In this document: positions 61,490 through 64,000 of the stretch, piece by piece
How the letters are laid out: every line of letters starts with the position of its first letter
Numbering within the stretch: position 1 is the first letter of the stretch
NCBI GenBank assembly: GCA_002269645.1
Contig: NIVC01001939.1
Span: 1-64,000 of the forward strand
Origin: Macrostomum lignano
Lineage: Eukaryota
DNA: 64,000 bases
Direction: 5' to 3'
Notes under the pieces: generated by a model
Seen by the model: only the letters and a program-made list of their open reading frames with translations
What the model was told of the DNA's origin: nothing
Databases searched by the model: none
Program-made: the position numbers and the translations under genes

Positions 61490-62210
61490 AGTTTCGGATT
61501 CAGATTCGGAATTCAAGAGGGGTTTCGGACTTGGAATAGTTTCGGTTTCGGATTCGGAATAGTTTCGGTTTCGGATTCGAAATAGTTTCGGTTTCGGATT
61601 CGGAATAGTTTCGGTTTCGGATTCGGAATAGTTTCGGTTTCGGATTCGAAATAGTTTCGGTTTCGGATTCGGAATAGTTTCGGTTTAGGATTCGGAATAG
61701 TTTCGGTTTCGGATTCGAAATAGTTTCGGTTTCGGATTTGAAATAGTTTCGGTTTAGGATTCGGAATAGTTTCGGTTTCGGATACGGAATAGTTTCGGTT
61801 TCGGATTCGGAATAGTTTCGGTTTCGGATTCGGAATAGTTTCGGTTTCGGATTCGGAATAGTTTCGGTTTCGGATTCGAAATAGTTTCGGTTTCGGATTC
61901 GGAATAGTTTCGGTTTAGGATTCGGAATAGTTTCGGTTTAGGATTCGAAATAGTTTCGGTTTAGGATTCGGAATAGTTTCGGTTTCGGATTCGGAATAGT
62001 TTCGGTTTCGGATTCGGAATAGTTTCGGTTTCGGATTCGGAATAGTTTCGGTTTCGGATTCGGATTCGTAATTCGAGAGGGGTTTCGAATTTGGAATTTG
62101 AGAGGGGTTTCCGATTCGGAATTGGAAAGGGGTTTCGGATTCGGAATTCGAGAAGGGTTTCGGATTCGGATTCGGAATTTAAGAGGTGTTTCGGAATTTG
62201 GCTCCGGTTC
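61490..62210. repeat. 23-bp minisatellite (ggaatagtttcggtttcggattc) with degenerate flanks
   Basis: About 22 core units at 61535-62055. Confidence 0.95.
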
Positions 62211-62581
62211 TGTGTCTAAAGCGGGTTTATGATTCAGAAGAGTTCAAATTTCAAACTATTCCGAATTTTCCATCAAGACTCACAGCCCTCTCACAGCACA
62301 TTTAAACAGCTACTAATGCTAAAAAAAGCAATTATTTTAAAGTAAGCGCGAGTTAGAAAAATGGTTTAACAATGCTGATTTGCGAATAATATTTCGCAAA
62401 TAATAATTTGCGAAGAAGCAATACAAATTTTTCAGGATTAATGCTCCTGTGAGAACAATTGCACAGAAACGTTTTGGGCAAGATGATTTTTAAAAAAAGA
62501 ACTTTGCTTCTGTTACATGCTGAATGTAGACCAGACGACAGAACAACGAAAAAATAATCAACACCTTGACTGCCTAAAAGT

Positions 62582-62935
62582 TAGATGAGTCATCACCTAA
62601 GGGTCAGATGAGTCATCACCTAAGGGTCAGATGAGTCATCACCTAAGGGTCAGATGAGTCATCACCTAAGGGTCAGATGAGTCATCACCTAAGGGTCAGA
62701 TGAGTCATCACCTAAGGGTCAGATGAGTCATCACCTAAGGGTCAGATGAGTCATCACCTAAGATTCAGACGAGTCATCACCTAAGGGTCAGATGGGTTAT
62801 CATCTAAGGTTCAGATGGGTTATCATCTAAGGGTCAGATGGGTTAGCATCTAAGGTTCAGATGGGTTATCATCTAAGGGTCAGATGGGTTAGCATCTAAG
62901 GGTCAGATGAGTCATCACCTAAGGGTCAGATGGGT
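62582..62935. repeat. 23-bp minisatellite (agatgagtcatcacctaagggtc)
   Basis: About 15 units; 9 carry TGAGTCA. Confidence 0.95.
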
Positions 62936-62969
62936 CAGCATTAAGCTGATTCATCTCCTCCATCATCCT

Positions 62970-63911
62970 TCAGTTGCCGCGGCTGCAGAGGTTGGCCATG
63001 GAGCGCCGGATGTAGCTCCTGAAGGTGATGTTGTAGTACCAGTACAGCACCGGGGACGCCACGCTGTGCATGTACATCAGCAGCTGGCAGAACGGCAGCA
63101 GGTCGTTGATGAAGGCGACCCCGGCGGATTCCTCCGGCTGGCCAGGCTCCCGCTGCTCCAGTTTGGGCAGAAAGTCCAACGTCAGCAGCACGGCGTGCTT
63201 CGGCAGGGTGCAGACAACGAAGCTGATGACCAGCGCCACTACGGTGGTGATGGCTCGCTTCTGCGTTCGCATCGCCTGCTGGCTGGGGCGCCACTGACGC
63301 TGCTGCCGCCGCCGCCCGTGCTGCCGCCGCTGCCACGGACTGGCCGGTGGGAGTTCAGACAGCTGTACCGCTGGACCTGATGGCTGAACTGATGCGACAG
63401 CTCGCGATGCTGCTGTTGCTGCTGCGCTCGCTGCAGAGCCACCGAAGCTCCGGCGGCTTCGGACTCGGCGCGGTGGCTGCCGGCGCTGCCCAGGCGCGAC
63501 CGCCGCGCGAAGCGATGACCATAGCGATGTGGCAGTAGCAGCAGGCGATGAAGACGGCCGGGATGACGGAGTGCAGCAGCGGGGTCACCAGGTGAAATGC
63601 GTAGCGTTCCGTGGTGTTCAGCTCCTTCTCGTGGCAGTAATAGAAGTAGGCGGTGACGCTGCCGTTGGAATTGCCGGGGTCAGGGAAGATCAGGCGCGTC
63701 TCCGTGACGGTGTAGATGAACGGCACGGGGCTGCAGAGGGCGGCGGAGGCGAGCCAGATGCAGGCGACCCAGATCAGCAGGCAGCGGTCCGACAGCTCCC
63801 GGACTCCGCGGGCCTGCATGAGGCTCTGGCGGAGTCTGATGGCCGCCATGGAGATCAACGTGAGCGAGTTGATGGTCATCACGTAGGCTGCGAGGATGGG
63901 GTCGACGGGGT
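62970..63911 (-). CDS. Class A (rhodopsin-like) GPCR, last exon (TM3-TM7); 5' exons lie outside the window; apparent frameshift in ICL3
   Basis: TM3 INSLTLISMAAIRL, TM4 IWLASAALCSP, ECL2 Cys, TM5 VIPAVFIACCY, TM6 KRAITTVVALVISFVVCTLP, TM7 MHSVASPVLY, helix-8 FR. TM5 and TM6 are in different frames. Acceptor caacaaag| at 63912, with an alternative phase-1 acceptor ~21 nt downstream. Confidence 0.8.
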
Positions 63912-63934
63912 CTTTGTTGTGGGGGAAAAGAATT

Positions 63935-64000
63935 GACAGTCAACTGACACTGACAGTCAACTGACACTGACAGTCAAATGACACTGACAGTCAAATGACA
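63935..64000. repeat. 17-bp tandem repeat (gacagtcaactgacact) in the GPCR intron, running off the window edge
   Basis: About 4 units visible. Confidence 0.8.

Overview
Eukaryotic (animal) genomic DNA with GC-rich exons and introns packed with tandem repeats. This architecture resembles the free-living flatworm Macrostomum, but the species is my inference. Six protein-coding genes were assembled by hand from splice sites and checked for reading-frame phase: 1-Cys peroxiredoxin PRDX6 (+), RBM12-like RRM protein (-), a divergent otopetrin proton channel (-), ALG1 beta-1,4-mannosyltransferase (+), a KLHL8 BTB-BACK-Kelch adaptor (+), and the TM3-TM7 part of a class A GPCR (-, cut by the window edge). 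Mobile elements: a full-length RNase H-bearing LINE with a 14-bp TSD, interrupted by a tRNA-derived SINE with its own 13-bp TSD; two decayed mariners; a 2.15-kb element with long TIRs and a 9-bp TSD; several MITEs; two CORE-like SINEs. About 25 different tandem arrays are present. Most interesting observations: (1) an ~11-kb transposon domain with strong CpG loss and C>T/G>A transitions that seem to extend beyond CpG; (2) ALG1 has no in-frame ATG but has an in-frame splice acceptor, which fits an AUG donated by a spliced leader; (3) a SINE/LINE pair sharing a 3' motif; (4) an otopetrin with substituted constriction residues and a frameshift; (5) tandem arrays abutting exon edges, some built from AP-1 or ISRE-like motifs.
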